From the IMG/VR virus record IMGVR_UViG_2778261278_000009: a stretch of 36,154 nt of DNA. One strand, 5' to 3'. The translations under genes were made by a program, and so were the position numbers. Of the stretch, positions 1 to 8,570 are shown piece after piece; the first letter of the stretch is position 1, and every line of letters begins with the position of its first letter. This stretch comes from a virus. Its lineage: Duplodnaviria; Heunggongvirae; Uroviricota; Caudoviricetes. Below the pieces are notes generated by a model. That model was not told the origin of the DNA. It was given only the letters and a program-made list of their open reading frames with translations, and made no database searches.

Positions 1-1164
1 TTACGCCTTCTTTATATCCTCCATAATTCCAGAGTGGGACATATTTGGGACATTATCACCAAAAATGTCGTCTATTTTCCTCGCATGCTCTGTCAAATGA
101 TTAGGCGCAAGGTGAGCATACCTACGAACCATTTCTATGGACTCCCATCCGCCCATTTCCTGAAGCACTGATAATGGGACGCCTGACTGAATCAGCCAGC
201 TTGCCCAGGTGTGTCTGAGGTCATGGAAACGGAAATCTTCAATTCCTGCACGACGACAAGCTGATAGCCATGATGTCTTGCTGTCGATGCGCATCTTCCT
301 GACCGCAGGCGTTGATGTTCCATCTGCTCGCTTAGCCGCCTTGGTATGTACAAACACCCATTTGTGATGCTTGCCTATTTGATCACGCAACACTTTACAG
401 GCGGTATCGTTCAGCGCCACACCAATGGCGCGGTTTGATTTGCTCTCTTCTGGATTCACCCAGGCAACTCGTCGCTGCATGTCGATTTGTTGCCATTCCA
501 GATTTATGATGTTCGACTTTCTCAGACCAGTTGCCAGCGCAAACTTGACGACAGATTTCAGTGGTTCGGGGCACTCCTCAATAAGGCGTTTTGCTTCCTC
601 CTTTTCCAGCCATCTGACTCGCTTGTTTCTGACCGCTGGTATCTTGATGACAGGCGCTTTTTCCAGCCACTTCCAGTCGCGTTCTGCAGCACGGAGAATG
701 GCCTTTATCATGGCAAGATGCTTTGCCTTTGTCTGAGTTGATACTGGCTTTGGTTCATAAACAGGCAGTTCTTTACCTTTCCTGATGGCGGCCTGAACTT
801 TCTGTTTCCATATTTCTTTCGTCTTTCTGTTATGCATTCTGCTTACAGCAGAGTAAATCTTTGCCTCCGAGATATCTTTAAGCCTTATACCCTCAAAATG
901 TTCAAGCCAGAACTCAATCCGGCTTTTATCTGAATCGAGAGATTTTTTATCAGCTTTTTCCTCAAGCCATCTTAGGCAGGCCTCTTCAAAAGTGACATCA
1001 GGTAAATCCCCTAGCTTTTCTACTCGCCAGAGTTCTGCTTTTCGCTTGTCGTGCAACTCCTGAGCTTGCCGCTTGTCCTTTGTGCCAAGAGATTCCTTAA
1101 TTCGTTTCCCGCCCGGGAGCGAATACGAGGCATACCATATTTCATTTCTGCGGAAGAGTGACAT
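1..1164 (-). CDS. int: Phage integrase, tyrosine recombinase (phage 21/e14-like, not lambda Int)
   Basis: 387-aa ORF with C-terminal catalytic signature ([10 protein letters not shown]...[20 protein letters not shown]); positioned at prophage end next to excisionase; window begins at its stop codon. Confidence 0.9.
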   Translation of the reverse strand: MSLFRRNEIWYASYSLPGGKRIKESLGTKDKRQAQELHDKRKAELWRVEKLGDLPDVTFEEACLRWLEEKADKKSLDSDKSRIEFWLEHFEGIRLKDISEAKIYSAVSRMHNRKTKEIWKQKVQAAIRKGKELPVYEPKPVSTQTKAKHLAMIKAILRAAERDWKWLEKAPVIKIPAVRNKRVRWLEKEEAKRLIEECPEPLKSVVKFALATGLRKSNIINLEWQQIDMQRRVAWVNPEESKSNRAIGVALNDTACKVLRDQIGKHHKWVFVHTKAAKRADGTSTPAVRKMRIDSKTSWLSACRRAGIEDFRFHDLRHTWASWLIQSGVPLSVLQEMGGWESIEMVRRYAHLAPNHLTEHARKIDDIFGDNVPNMSHSGIMEDIKKA

Positions 1165-1391
1165 TTTCTTTCCTCTGTTATGCCATCACCCGCGCTCACC
1201 TTGATAGTATGCAGCGGAGACTGAAGCGCCGCAATGCAGGCTTGTCGCGTTGTGAGGTAAGGAGATTTTGGTTTAGTGGGGTCTTTGCGTGTTGCCTGTA
1301 GGCGGCCTGTTCGTATCCAGTTGGTAGCGGTAGGTCTGGATATCTTGAGAAACTGACAGGCCTCATCGAGTGTGAGGCTGTATGATTCCAT
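1020..1391 (-). CDS. xis: Excisionase (HTH DNA-binding), unusually long and overlapping the int 5' end
   Basis: ATG at 1391 ([31 protein letters not shown]) preceded by AGAGGT Shine-Dalgarno; HTH typical of excisionases; reading frame stays open to 1020, ~145 nt inside int; 3' extent uncertain. Confidence 0.55.
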   Translation of the reverse strand: MESYSLTLDEACQFLKISRPTATNWIRTGRLQATRKDPTKPKSPYLTTRQACIAALQSPLHTIKVSAGDGITEERKCHSSAEMKYGMPRIRSRAGNELRNLLAQRTSGKLRSCTTSEKQNSGE

Positions 1392-1641
1392 GGTTACCTC
1401 TGCTTTTTGAACGCATGTCACGTAACTTCTTAATGTGTTCTGCCGTTTCGATCTCTTCTGCTATCCGATCTGCATCAGCTTTATTCACAGGTTCAAAGTC
1501 ATGATTAAAGCGGAACATGCTGGCGATACATGTTCTGCCTTTTCGGATGTAGTGAACTTTGTTGTGGGTAGAACGCAGGATTTTGCAGGGAGTGCCGTGG
1601 TGGTCGACGTACCAGGTGTTAGGAAAAATGATTCTGAACAT
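1363..1641 (-). CDS. Hypothetical protein (92 aa)
   Basis: ATG at 1641 with GAGGT Shine-Dalgarno 6 nt upstream; overlaps xis start; no family recognised. Confidence 0.45.
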   Translation of the reverse strand: MFRIIFPNTWYVDHHGTPCKILRSTHNKVHYIRKGRTCIASMFRFNHDFEPVNKADADRIAEEIETAEHIKKLRDMRSKSRGNHGIIQPHTR

Positions 1642-1688
1642 TTTTACACCTCAATTGGACGATGTTGAAATTTGCTGCTTTGAGGCCA

Positions 1689-1907
1689 TCACAGTCCCCA
1701 TTGTTTGTTCTTAAGTTCGATCTCCTCCTGGCAACTTGCACAAGTCCGACAACCCTGAACGGCCAGGCGTCTTCGTTCATCTATCGGATCGCCACACTCA
1801 CAACAATGAGTGGCAGATATAGCCTGGTGGTTCAGACGACGCATTTTTATTGCTGTATTGCGCTGTAATTCTTCGATTTCTGATGCTGAATCAATGATGT
1901 CTGCCAT
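1689..1907 (-). CDS. TraR/DksA-family C4 zinc-finger protein (lambda Orf73-like)
   Basis: 72-aa protein with CxxC-x17-CxxC motif (CECGDPIDERRRLAVQGCRTCASCQEE) matching TraR/DksA zinc finger. Confidence 0.75.
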   Translation of the reverse strand: MADIIDSASEIEELQRNTAIKMRRLNHQAISATHCCECGDPIDERRRLAVQGCRTCASCQEEIELKNKQWGL

Positions 1908-1960
1908 CTTCCATTAATCTCTGAATTGTTGGTTAATACGCTTGAGGGTGAATGCGAATA

Positions 1961-1983
1961 ATAAAAAAGGAGCCTGTAGCTCC
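1961..1983 (-). terminator. Intrinsic terminator for leftward transcription, upstream of the traR-like gene
   Basis: Stem GGAGC/GCTCC with loop CTGTA (1969-1983); on the minus strand it is followed by a U-run (complement of ATAAAAAA at 1961-1968). Confidence 0.45.
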
Positions 1984-2275
1984 CTGATGATTTTGCTTTT
2001 CATGTTCATCGCTCCTTAAAGATGCCGTTTAACATGCCGATCGCCAGGCTTAAATGAGTCGGTGTGAATCCCTCAGCGTTACCGTTTCGCGGTGCTTCTT
2101 CAGTACGCTACGGCAAATGTTATTGATGCTCCTGTCTGGTGACAGCCATCGGGCTTGTATTATGTATAAGTTCTGATAAAAGCCTCCGATATATTAAATT
2201 TAAATAACGAAATTCATCTTCTTGATAAGTTGTGATAGCATCATTAAAAGTTTCAGTTCGTTGAGCAGGGATTAC

Positions 2276-2854
2276 ATGGTAAATCAGCAACAGCAACAGA
2301 TTAACGAAAATCTAAAAATTGAGGCAATCCGTTGGTATCAGAAGCTGCAGGAGATTACTTATCTTGAAGCAGGACAACACATGCGGGCTTTAAATCAGCT
2401 CATGTGGCAAATCCCTAGTTTCGTAATTGCTGTCAATGGTGGGTTGTGGTATGCAACAACACTGGCAAATGAAAGTTCCCTATGGATTATCTTTGCAGTG
2501 TTAGCATTGTTTGATTTCACAACAATGATTACACTTTATCGCTTAAGGTCTTTAATTGGTTCGAAAATAGCACTACAAAAAAACATTGAAGATCCTTCAA
2601 AAAACTATATTTTAAATGAAATTACTAGAGACGCTGGATTTAAATTGCCCTCTAGCTATGATAATAAGGAAACTGGTTACATAGTAGTGTCGTGCTGGGC
2701 AGTAATGCTTATTGTTTGCTTCTTTGTTAATATTGCTGGGGTATATCATCCAAACTTGTTTTCAAAAGACATTTCACATAATACATACAAAGCAACAATT
2801 AAAAATATTGAGTCAGGATTATTTATCGAAGCAAAATCAGGATTATCAAAGTGA
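2276..2854 (+). CDS. Hypothetical inner-membrane protein (about 3 predicted TM helices)
   Basis: ORF in a visibly AT-rich segment; ATG at 2276 (MVNQQQQQ), the 2222 start being a TTG; hydrophobic stretches IPSFVIAVNGGLWYATTLA, LWIIFAVLALFDFTTMITLY, GYIVVSCWAVMLIVCFFVNIAGVY. Confidence 0.5.
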   Translation: MVNQQQQQINENLKIEAIRWYQKLQEITYLEAGQHMRALNQLMWQIPSFVIAVNGGLWYATTLANESSLWIIFAVLALFDFTTMITLYRLRSLIGSKIALQKNIEDPSKNYILNEITRDAGFKLPSSYDNKETGYIVVSCWAVMLIVCFFVNIAGVYHPNLFSKDISHNTYKATIKNIESGLFIEAKSGLSK

Positions 2855-3453
2855 CTTCGTGGAAGTTTTATGACAATAATGCTGATCGCTTATTTGCCGA
2901 TTATATATCACTTGATTTTTACTCTATCTTTCAGGATGTTGAAGAGTTTATTTTACAATCTAAGGGTGTCTCTTTGGATGTCGGTTCAGGTTCCGGCCGT
3001 GATGCTGCTGCGTTAGATGAATTAGGTTATAAAGTAATAGCTGTTGAACCAAGTGAAAAGATGCGAAATTTGGCATCTTCATATTATAAATCTAACCATA
3101 TTATATGGTTAGATGATTCATTGCCTTTTCTTCATAGTGTTAAAGCAATGAATCTAAAGTTCGACCTTATTTTAGTCAGTGCTGTATGGATGCATCTTTC
3201 AAAAAAAGAGCAAAAAATCTCACTAGAGACGCTAACTGATCTTTTAACATTGAATGGGAGAATGATAATTACATTGCGCTTAGGACCTCCCGAACCAGAT
3301 AGAAACATTAACGTTGTTAATACTGAGGAACTTCTTGAGTTAGCGTCTCAGTTAGGTCTGAAAACATTGCGAGTTACGTCAATAAATAAAGATAGTTTTC
3401 AACGTAACCAGATAACTTGGCAGAAAGTTGTATTATCAAAAAATAATGAGTAA
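2851..3453 (+). CDS. Small class I SAM-dependent methyltransferase
   Basis: Motif I LDVGSGSGRDA (GxGxG) followed by acidic VIAVEPS; GTG start overlaps upstream stop (GTGA), which is required because motif I precedes the first in-frame ATG; no DNA-MTase DPPY/NPPY motif seen. Confidence 0.6.
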   Translation: MTSWKFYDNNADRLFADYISLDFYSIFQDVEEFILQSKGVSLDVGSGSGRDAAALDELGYKVIAVEPSEKMRNLASSYYKSNHIIWLDDSLPFLHSVKAMNLKFDLILVSAVWMHLSKKEQKISLETLTDLLTLNGRMIITLRLGPPEPDRNINVVNTEELLELASQLGLKTLRVTSINKDSFQRNQITWQKVVLSKNNE

Positions 3454-3464
3454 ATAACTTAGTA

Positions 3465-4709
3465 TTATTCGCACAGACCGTAGCGTGAAGAGCAAACCTC
3501 TATATCGAGACTTGCTTTTACAAGATCGTAGACCTTGCCACCGCGCCCTGTTTTTGCCCACTCTACGACTTCATAAACACCCGGAGAATTAAGATCTCCA
3601 CGAGGACCATAAAATCCTGACCAGTCGATGTGTTGCACATCAGGTTTTAGCCCAAAAAGTTGAATATTTCGACCAAGTGGCAGATTGAACTGTTTCATCC
3701 AGCGTTGGCTTATCTCTCCTACGCTCATCCAGTGTACCCATCTACTAGCAAGGCGTACCTTCAACTCCCATTGTTTGTGCTTTTTGATGTGCTCTGGCCA
3801 GCGCGCAGCCGTCTCTGCAATTTCCTCTTTGTTGCATAGCACGCAATTCATGCAGCCAACACGAGACGCACCTTGCATATAAAGTGGATTTGGCTTAATT
3901 CCGAAATATTTGTGAACTGCGAATACGTCCTCAGCCGTCCATTTGTGGAGCGGCAGGAAGTTGTAGAGAAAATCGGCGTCGCGCATATCGCGGGAAAACC
4001 TCTCATATCCAGCGCGCTTAGAGGACTCATCCGCGCGAACACCAGACCATTGTACGATAACATCGCCAGCATCAAGGAGCGGCTTTATGGCTGCGTCGAA
4101 AGCTATCTGAATTTTCAGTTCGTCTGTACAGAATCGGTCGCGCAGCATAGGGAACTTGCCATGCAGAAGGGAGCAATCCAAAAAGCTATTACCGGATGGG
4201 TGCATAACGGAAAGCGCAGCATCAAGAGCAGTTTCGAACTCAATTCCCCAGCGTTCTGCTGTGCGCTTCCAGGCTTGCCCGAATTTGGTGTCAGAACGTG
4301 CGAGGGAAGGCATGACTATGCCACGGTATGCTCCCATGCGGATCATCTGTCGTTTAGACCAGTTTTTTTGCAGATAAATTCGTCGTTTGGCAAAATCTTC
4401 TTCAGTGTAAATCCGCTTCACAACCTGCACAGGGCTACAACCGATCTGCTCATGAATGCTCCTGGCGAATTCGACAGTTAGATTATGCTCATTATCCGTG
4501 TCTGCCATAACAGCATGTACCTGTTTGCCGAATAATGTGTGCGCCACTGCGAGTGTGGCAGTGCTGTCTTTTCCTGCTGAATAATTCACGATTATCTTAT
4601 GATCATTAGGGATGCGAAATTCATTTATATATCTGTTGTAGGACTCTTCTATTTCGCGAATTTTCTTGCTGATGTCTGTTGGGACAATAATTATTGCTGC
4701 CTCGTTCAT
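3465..4709 (-). CDS. PP-loop ATP pyrophosphatase, PAPS-reductase/QueC-like, with C-terminal extension
   Basis: 414 aa; N-terminal PP-loop SAGKDS, internal RADES, CMNCVLC cysteine cluster; GGAGG Shine-Dalgarno before ATG at 4709; first gene upstream of exo on the same strand. Confidence 0.7.
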   Translation of the reverse strand: MNEAAIIIVPTDISKKIREIEESYNRYINEFRIPNDHKIIVNYSAGKDSTATLAVAHTLFGKQVHAVMADTDNEHNLTVEFARSIHEQIGCSPVQVVKRIYTEEDFAKRRIYLQKNWSKRQMIRMGAYRGIVMPSLARSDTKFGQAWKRTAERWGIEFETALDAALSVMHPSGNSFLDCSLLHGKFPMLRDRFCTDELKIQIAFDAAIKPLLDAGDVIVQWSGVRADESSKRAGYERFSRDMRDADFLYNFLPLHKWTAEDVFAVHKYFGIKPNPLYMQGASRVGCMNCVLCNKEEIAETAARWPEHIKKHKQWELKVRLASRWVHWMSVGEISQRWMKQFNLPLGRNIQLFGLKPDVQHIDWSGFYGPRGDLNSPGVYEVVEWAKTGRGGKVYDLVKASLDIEVCSSRYGLCE

Positions 4710-4860
4710 ACCGCCTCCCGTTTATTATTTATCTCCTCAGCCAGCCGCTGGGCTTTCAGCGGATTTCGGATAACAGAAAGCCCGGGAAATACCCAGCCTC
4801 GCTTTGTAACGGAGTAGACGAAAGTGATCGCGCCTACCCGGATATTATCGTGAGGATGCG

Positions 4861-5541
4861 TCATCGCCATTGCTCCCCAAATACAAAACCAATTTCAGCC
4901 AGTGCCTCGTCCATTTTTTCGATGAACTCCGGCACCATCTCGTCAAAACTCGCCATATACTTTTCATTCCGCTCAATCACGACATAATGCAGGCCTTCAC
5001 GCTTCATGCGCGGGTCATAGTTGGCAAAGTACCAGGCATCTTTTCGCGTCACCCACATGCTGTACTGCACCTGGGCCATGTAAGCCGATTTTATTGCCTC
5101 GAAACCACCGAGCCGGAATTTCATGAAATCCCGGGAGGTAAACGGGCATTTCAGTTCAAGGCCGTTGCCGTCACTGCATAAACCATCGGGAGAGCAGGCG
5201 GTGCGCATACTTTCGTCGCGATAGATGATCGGGGATTCAGTAATATTCACGCCGGAAGTGAATTCAAACAGGGTTCTGGCGTCGTTCTCGTACTGTTTTC
5301 CCCAGGCCAGCGCCTTAGCATTAACTTCCGGAGCCACACCGGTGCAAACCTCAGCCAGCAGGGTGTGGAAGTAGGACATTTTCATGTCAGGCCACTTCTT
5401 TCCTGAGCGGGGCTTTGCTATCACGTTGTGAACTTCTGAAGCGGTGATGACGCCGAGCCGTAATTTGTGCCATGCATCATCCCCCTGTTCGACAGCTCTC
5501 ACGTCGATCCCGGTACGCTGCAGGATAATGTCCGGTATCAT
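4861..5541 (-). CDS. exo: Lambda exonuclease (Red alpha)
   Basis: 226 aa, near-identical to lambda Exo as recalled ([40 protein letters not shown]...). Confidence 0.95.
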   Translation of the reverse strand: MIPDIILQRTGIDVRAVEQGDDAWHKLRLGVITASEVHNVIAKPRSGKKWPDMKMSYFHTLLAEVCTGVAPEVNAKALAWGKQYENDARTLFEFTSGVNITESPIIYRDESMRTACSPDGLCSDGNGLELKCPFTSRDFMKFRLGGFEAIKSAYMAQVQYSMWVTRKDAWYFANYDPRMKREGLHYVVIERNEKYMASFDEMVPEFIEKMDEALAEIGFVFGEQWR

Positions 5542-6323
5542 GCTGCCACCTTCTGCTCAGTGGCTTTCTGTTTCAGGAATCCAAGAGCTTTCACTGCTTC
5601 GGCCTGTGTCAGTTCTGACGATGCGCGAATGTCGCGGCGAAATATCTGGGAACAGAGCGGCAATAAGTCGTCATCCCATGTTTTATCCAGGGCGATCAGC
5701 AGAGTGTTAATCTCCTGCATGGTTTCATCGTTAACCGGAGTGATGTCGCGTTCTGGCTGACGTTCTGCAGTGTATGCAGTATTTTCGACAATGCGCTCGG
5801 CTTCATCCTTGTCATAGATACCAGCAAATCCGAAGGCCAGACGGGCACACTGAATCATGGCTTTATGCCGTAACATACGTTTGGGATGCGACTGCCACGG
5901 CCCCGTGATTTCTCTGCCTTCGCGGGTTTTGAATGGTTCGCGGCGGCATTCATCCATCCATTCGGTAACGCAGATCGGATGATTACGGTCCTTGCGGTAA
6001 ATCCGGCATGTACAGGATTCATTGTCCTGCTCAAAGTCCATGCCATCAAACTGCTGGTTTTCATTGATGATGCGGGACCAGCCATCAACGCCCACCACCG
6101 GAACAATGCCGTTCTGCTTATCAGGGAAGGCGTAAATTTCTTTCGTCCACGGATTAAGGCCGTACTGGTTGGCGACGATCAGCAATGCGATGAACTGCGC
6201 ATCGCTGGCATCACCTTTAAATGCCGTCTGGCGAAGAGTGGTGATCAGTTCCTGTGGGTCGACAGAATCCATGCCGACACGTTCAGCCAGCTTCCCTGCC
6301 AGCGTTGCGAGTGCTGTACTCAT
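5538..6323 (-). CDS. bet: Red beta single-strand annealing protein
   Basis: 261 aa, near-identical to lambda Bet as recalled ([48 protein letters not shown]...). Confidence 0.95.
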   Translation of the reverse strand: MSTALATLAGKLAERVGMDSVDPQELITTLRQTAFKGDASDAQFIALLIVANQYGLNPWTKEIYAFPDKQNGIVPVVGVDGWSRIINENQQFDGMDFEQDNESCTCRIYRKDRNHPICVTEWMDECRREPFKTREGREITGPWQSHPKRMLRHKAMIQCARLAFGFAGIYDKDEAERIVENTAYTAERQPERDITPVNDETMQEINTLLIALDKTWDDDLLPLCSQIFRRDIRASSELTQAEAVKALGFLKQKATEQKVAA

Positions 6324-6328
6324 CCGTT

Positions 6329-6625
6329 TTATACCTCTGAATCAATATCAACCTGGTGGTGAGCAATGGTTTCAACCATGTACCGGATGTGTTCTGCCAT
6401 GCGCTCCTGAAACTCAACATCGTCATCAAACGCACGGGTAATGGCTTTTTTGCTGGCCCCGTGGCGTTGCAAATGATCGATGCATAGCGATTCAAACAGG
6501 TGCTGGGGCAGGCCTTTTTCCATGTCGTCTGCCAGTTCTGCCTCTTTCTCTTCACGGGCGATCTGCTGGTAGTGACGCGCCCAGCTCTGAGCCTCAAGAC
6601 GATCCTGAATGTAATAAGCGTTCAT
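6329..6625 (-). CDS. gam: Gam, RecBCD inhibitor (short form)
   Basis: 98 aa, near-identical to lambda GamS ([21 protein letters not shown]...); an in-frame stop 19 codons upstream excludes the long form. Confidence 0.95.
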   Translation of the reverse strand: MNAYYIQDRLEAQSWARHYQQIAREEKEAELADDMEKGLPQHLFESLCIDHLQRHGASKKAITRAFDDDVEFQERMAEHIRYMVETIAHHQVDIDSEV

Positions 6626-6700
6626 GGCTGACCTCCTGAAAATGGCTGTGAAAATATCGCCCGCGAAATGCCAGGCTGATTAGGAAAACAGGAAAGGGGA

Positions 6701-6991
6701 TTAGTGATTCAGGCCGTTACCGCGTCCGTCGAGAAAAACTTCCACGAGCAAATCACGGGTATAAGTGCGCTCGATGCCGCGATGCAGATAAAGCCGTCCG
6801 CGTAAATTAGCTGATGCAGTCCAGGTACCATCTTTGTGTTTGACCAGCATTCCTGGCATGACCGCACCTCGATTAACGGTCTGCGTTCCATAATGTTGAT
6901 GAACCATAAAAACTCCTGCCCGTAAGCTGGGCTGCTGAACATATAGAGACTTCTGCGCGTATTCAGGCGGTGGATGGCCGCCGGTTGTCAT
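6701..6991 (-). CDS. Hypothetical protein at the kil/cIII position (96 aa)
   Basis: First ORF of the leftward early operon; GAGG Shine-Dalgarno 10 nt before ATG at 6991; no resemblance to lambda Kil, cIII or N as recalled; a competing ORF exists in another frame (6709..6942). Confidence 0.4.
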   Translation of the reverse strand: MTTGGHPPPEYAQKSLYVQQPSLRAGVFMVHQHYGTQTVNRGAVMPGMLVKHKDGTWTASANLRGRLYLHRGIERTYTRDLLVEVFLDGRGNGLNH

Positions 6992-7035
6992 AACTAAGCC
7001 GCCTCGTTGAAGCGACTAAGGTATGAAATGTTGAG

Positions 7036-7182
7036 TTAATTTCAGCTGGTCACACCGACGTTCACGCGTCCGTTTCACCCCTCGCACTCCCCGAAGCCTG
7101 CTGAAATTCAAACTGCGGATCTAAGCGGTCATCGCAACGGTGAATCAGGTAGTTGCCGTATCGTTGTGTTGTTGCGATGAAC
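7036..7182 (-). ncRNA. Structured early-left leader region (candidate cis-acting RNA element)
   Basis: Two perfect inverted repeats on the leftward transcript between the operator region and the first ORF: TCATCGCAAC(7129-7138)/GTTGCGATGA(7171-7180) and AATTTCAGC(7038-7046)/GCTGAAATT(7100-7108); no ORF in this stretch. Confidence 0.3.
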
Positions 7183-7183
7183 T

Positions 7184-7245
7184 TATTTAAAACTATAGTT
7201 GTTTTATTGGTTGTTTTAGATATAACTGGTTGTATTTAGGATGGA
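7184..7245 (-). promoter_or_regulatory. Left operator/promoter region (oL/pL candidate)
   Basis: Contains palindrome AACTATAGTT and repeated TGGTTGT motifs that recur in the cI-cro intergenic region (AACCATAGTT, TGGTTGTT...AACAACCA); exact -35/-10 not resolved. Confidence 0.45.
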
Positions 7246-7327
7246 TTTATTTTGTGACTTGAATCGCATAGCGATAACTGAAGCGAGGTTATGGTGGTTT
7301 TTTTAACGGTGTGTGATGAGGGGAGGG

Positions 7328-7355
7328 CAAAAGAAAACCCGGCACGGTGACCGGG
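7328..7355 (-). terminator. Intrinsic terminator downstream of cI
   Basis: Stem CCCGG/CCGGG (7338-7355) followed on the minus strand by UUUUCUUUUG. Confidence 0.5.
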
Positions 7356-7476
7356 ATTCTTACGCCGTTAGGTAAAGATATTATTGCGGTGGCTTAATAT
7401 TACTACCTAGAGCAAAGATAGGAATTAGTTCTTTACTGAATGAGCACAATGCCCAGTTGATAATTTTTAATTGGTA

Positions 7477-8166
7477 CTACCCATGCTTCCTATATGTCTG
7501 CGGCATGCTCCCAATAACCTTACCGAAGATGAACACCCGGTTCATCTCGTCTTTCTCGATCGGGTCCCACGGTGAGTAGCTTTTGTTATCAGAGATGACC
7601 AGCAGCTTATCCTTCATCATTTGCAGGCGCTTTACATGGGCTGTGTCGTCGTACAGAAACGCATAGATACCATCACCGTCGAAAGATTTAACTGTGATAT
7701 CAACGAACAGCAGATCACCTGGTTCGATCGTTCCTGACATGCTGTCACCACGCACGTTAATGATGCGGATATTTTCCGCCTTCCTACCATCGAACATGTG
7801 ACGAGCATCGTCAAACGAGTACTCAACCGAGCGTAGAACTTCTACAAACTCACGGTTGATGACTCCCGGCCCAGCACTGACTTCTATATCAAGAACGTCA
7901 ATCTTGAAGTATTTGGAATGGCTGACAGTTGATTGTATTGGTTGCACTGTACTGTCTGACATATTTCCAACGCCAGAAGATAACCATTCTGCGCGCACAC
8001 CCAAAGCGTTCGCGATCTCCACGATTTTAGTTGTTTGATTAGCTTTCCCTGTTTCGATTTTCTGAATAGCAGCCTGGCTAACCCCGACCAAATCCCCAAG
8101 CGCCTTTTGTGTAAGGCCTCGCGCTAATCTGGCTTCTTTAAGTCTTTCTGAGAGTGTTGTTTTCAT
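7477..8166 (-). CDS. cI: CI-type prophage repressor (N-terminal HTH, C-terminal LexA-like S24 peptidase domain)
   Basis: HTH LTQKALGDLVGVSQAAIQKIETG; S24 catalytic motif GDSMSGTIEPGDLLFVD and downstream Lys (AHVKRL); start placed at MKTTLSER (8166), no Shine-Dalgarno, consistent with a leaderless pRM-type transcript; divergent from cro. Confidence 0.85.
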   Translation of the reverse strand: MKTTLSERLKEARLARGLTQKALGDLVGVSQAAIQKIETGKANQTTKIVEIANALGVRAEWLSSGVGNMSDSTVQPIQSTVSHSKYFKIDVLDIEVSAGPGVINREFVEVLRSVEYSFDDARHMFDGRKAENIRIINVRGDSMSGTIEPGDLLFVDITVKSFDGDGIYAFLYDDTAHVKRLQMMKDKLLVISDNKSYSPWDPIEKDEMNRVFIFGKVIGSMPQTYRKHG

Positions 8167-8199
8167 ATTCCAAATGTACAACCAAGGTTTTATTCCATC

Positions 8200-8250
8200 A
8201 AACGAAAATGGTTGTTGACTAAAAACAACCATAGTTTTAATCTTGATTCA
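8200..8250 (+). promoter_or_regulatory. Right operator region with pR (-35 TTGACT 8215-8220, 17-nt spacer, -10 TAATCT 8238-8243)
   Basis: Near-consensus sigma70 elements with 17-nt spacing about 28 nt upstream of the cro ATG; overlaps a 23-bp palindrome TGGTTGTT-N7-AACAACCA (8206-8228). Confidence 0.6.
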
Positions 8251-8270
8251 AATTAACCACGGAGGTTGTT

Positions 8271-8501
8271 ATGAACCCAGCTATCAAAACAGCGATCAAT
8301 ATCGTTGGTTCACAAAAGAAACTGGGCGCTGCTTGCGAAGTTTCACAGCAGGCCGTCTATAAGTGGCTTCACAACAAAGCAAAGGTATCCCCTGAACATG
8401 TCGGCAGCATTGTTACGGCTACTGGTGGAGTAGTGAAGGCATACCAGATTCGCCCGGATCTTCCGAAGTTGTTTCCACACACCGAAAAGAACGCAGCTTA
8501 A
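8271..8501 (+). CDS. cro: Cro-like repressor (small HTH protein, possibly YdaS-like family)
   Basis: 76 aa; GGAGG Shine-Dalgarno; HTH segment SQKKLGAACEVSQQAVYKWL; divergent from cI across the operator region. Confidence 0.8.
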   Translation: MNPAIKTAINIVGSQKKLGAACEVSQQAVYKWLHNKAKVSPEHVGSIVTATGGVVKAYQIRPDLPKLFPHTEKNAA

Positions 8502-8512
8502 ATTTCCATTTC

Positions 8513-8524
8513 ACGCTCTTTAAC
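8513..8524 (+). promoter_or_regulatory. boxA-like element (CGCTCTTTAACA) downstream of cro
   Basis: Matches the boxA consensus CGCTCTTTA at the position where lambda has nutR; no boxB hairpin follows. Confidence 0.35.
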
Positions 8525-8570
8525 AATAAGCAATCAACTTAACAGTCAATTCAAACTAAAGGAGTCAATT

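Noticed and set aside
2222..2275. TTG start at 2222 for the membrane protein
   Set aside because: The in-frame ATG at 2276 is a more plausible initiator; the upstream part is AT-rich promoter-like sequence.
6626..6700. Long form of Gam (GamL) with an N-terminal extension
   Set aside because: An in-frame TAA lies 19 codons upstream of the gam ATG, so only the short form can be made from this frame.
6992..7476. An N or Nun antiterminator gene in the canonical position left of cI
   Set aside because: No ORF with a start codon and an Arg-rich N-terminus exists on the leftward strand here; the only ATG in the leader encodes a 3-aa peptide.
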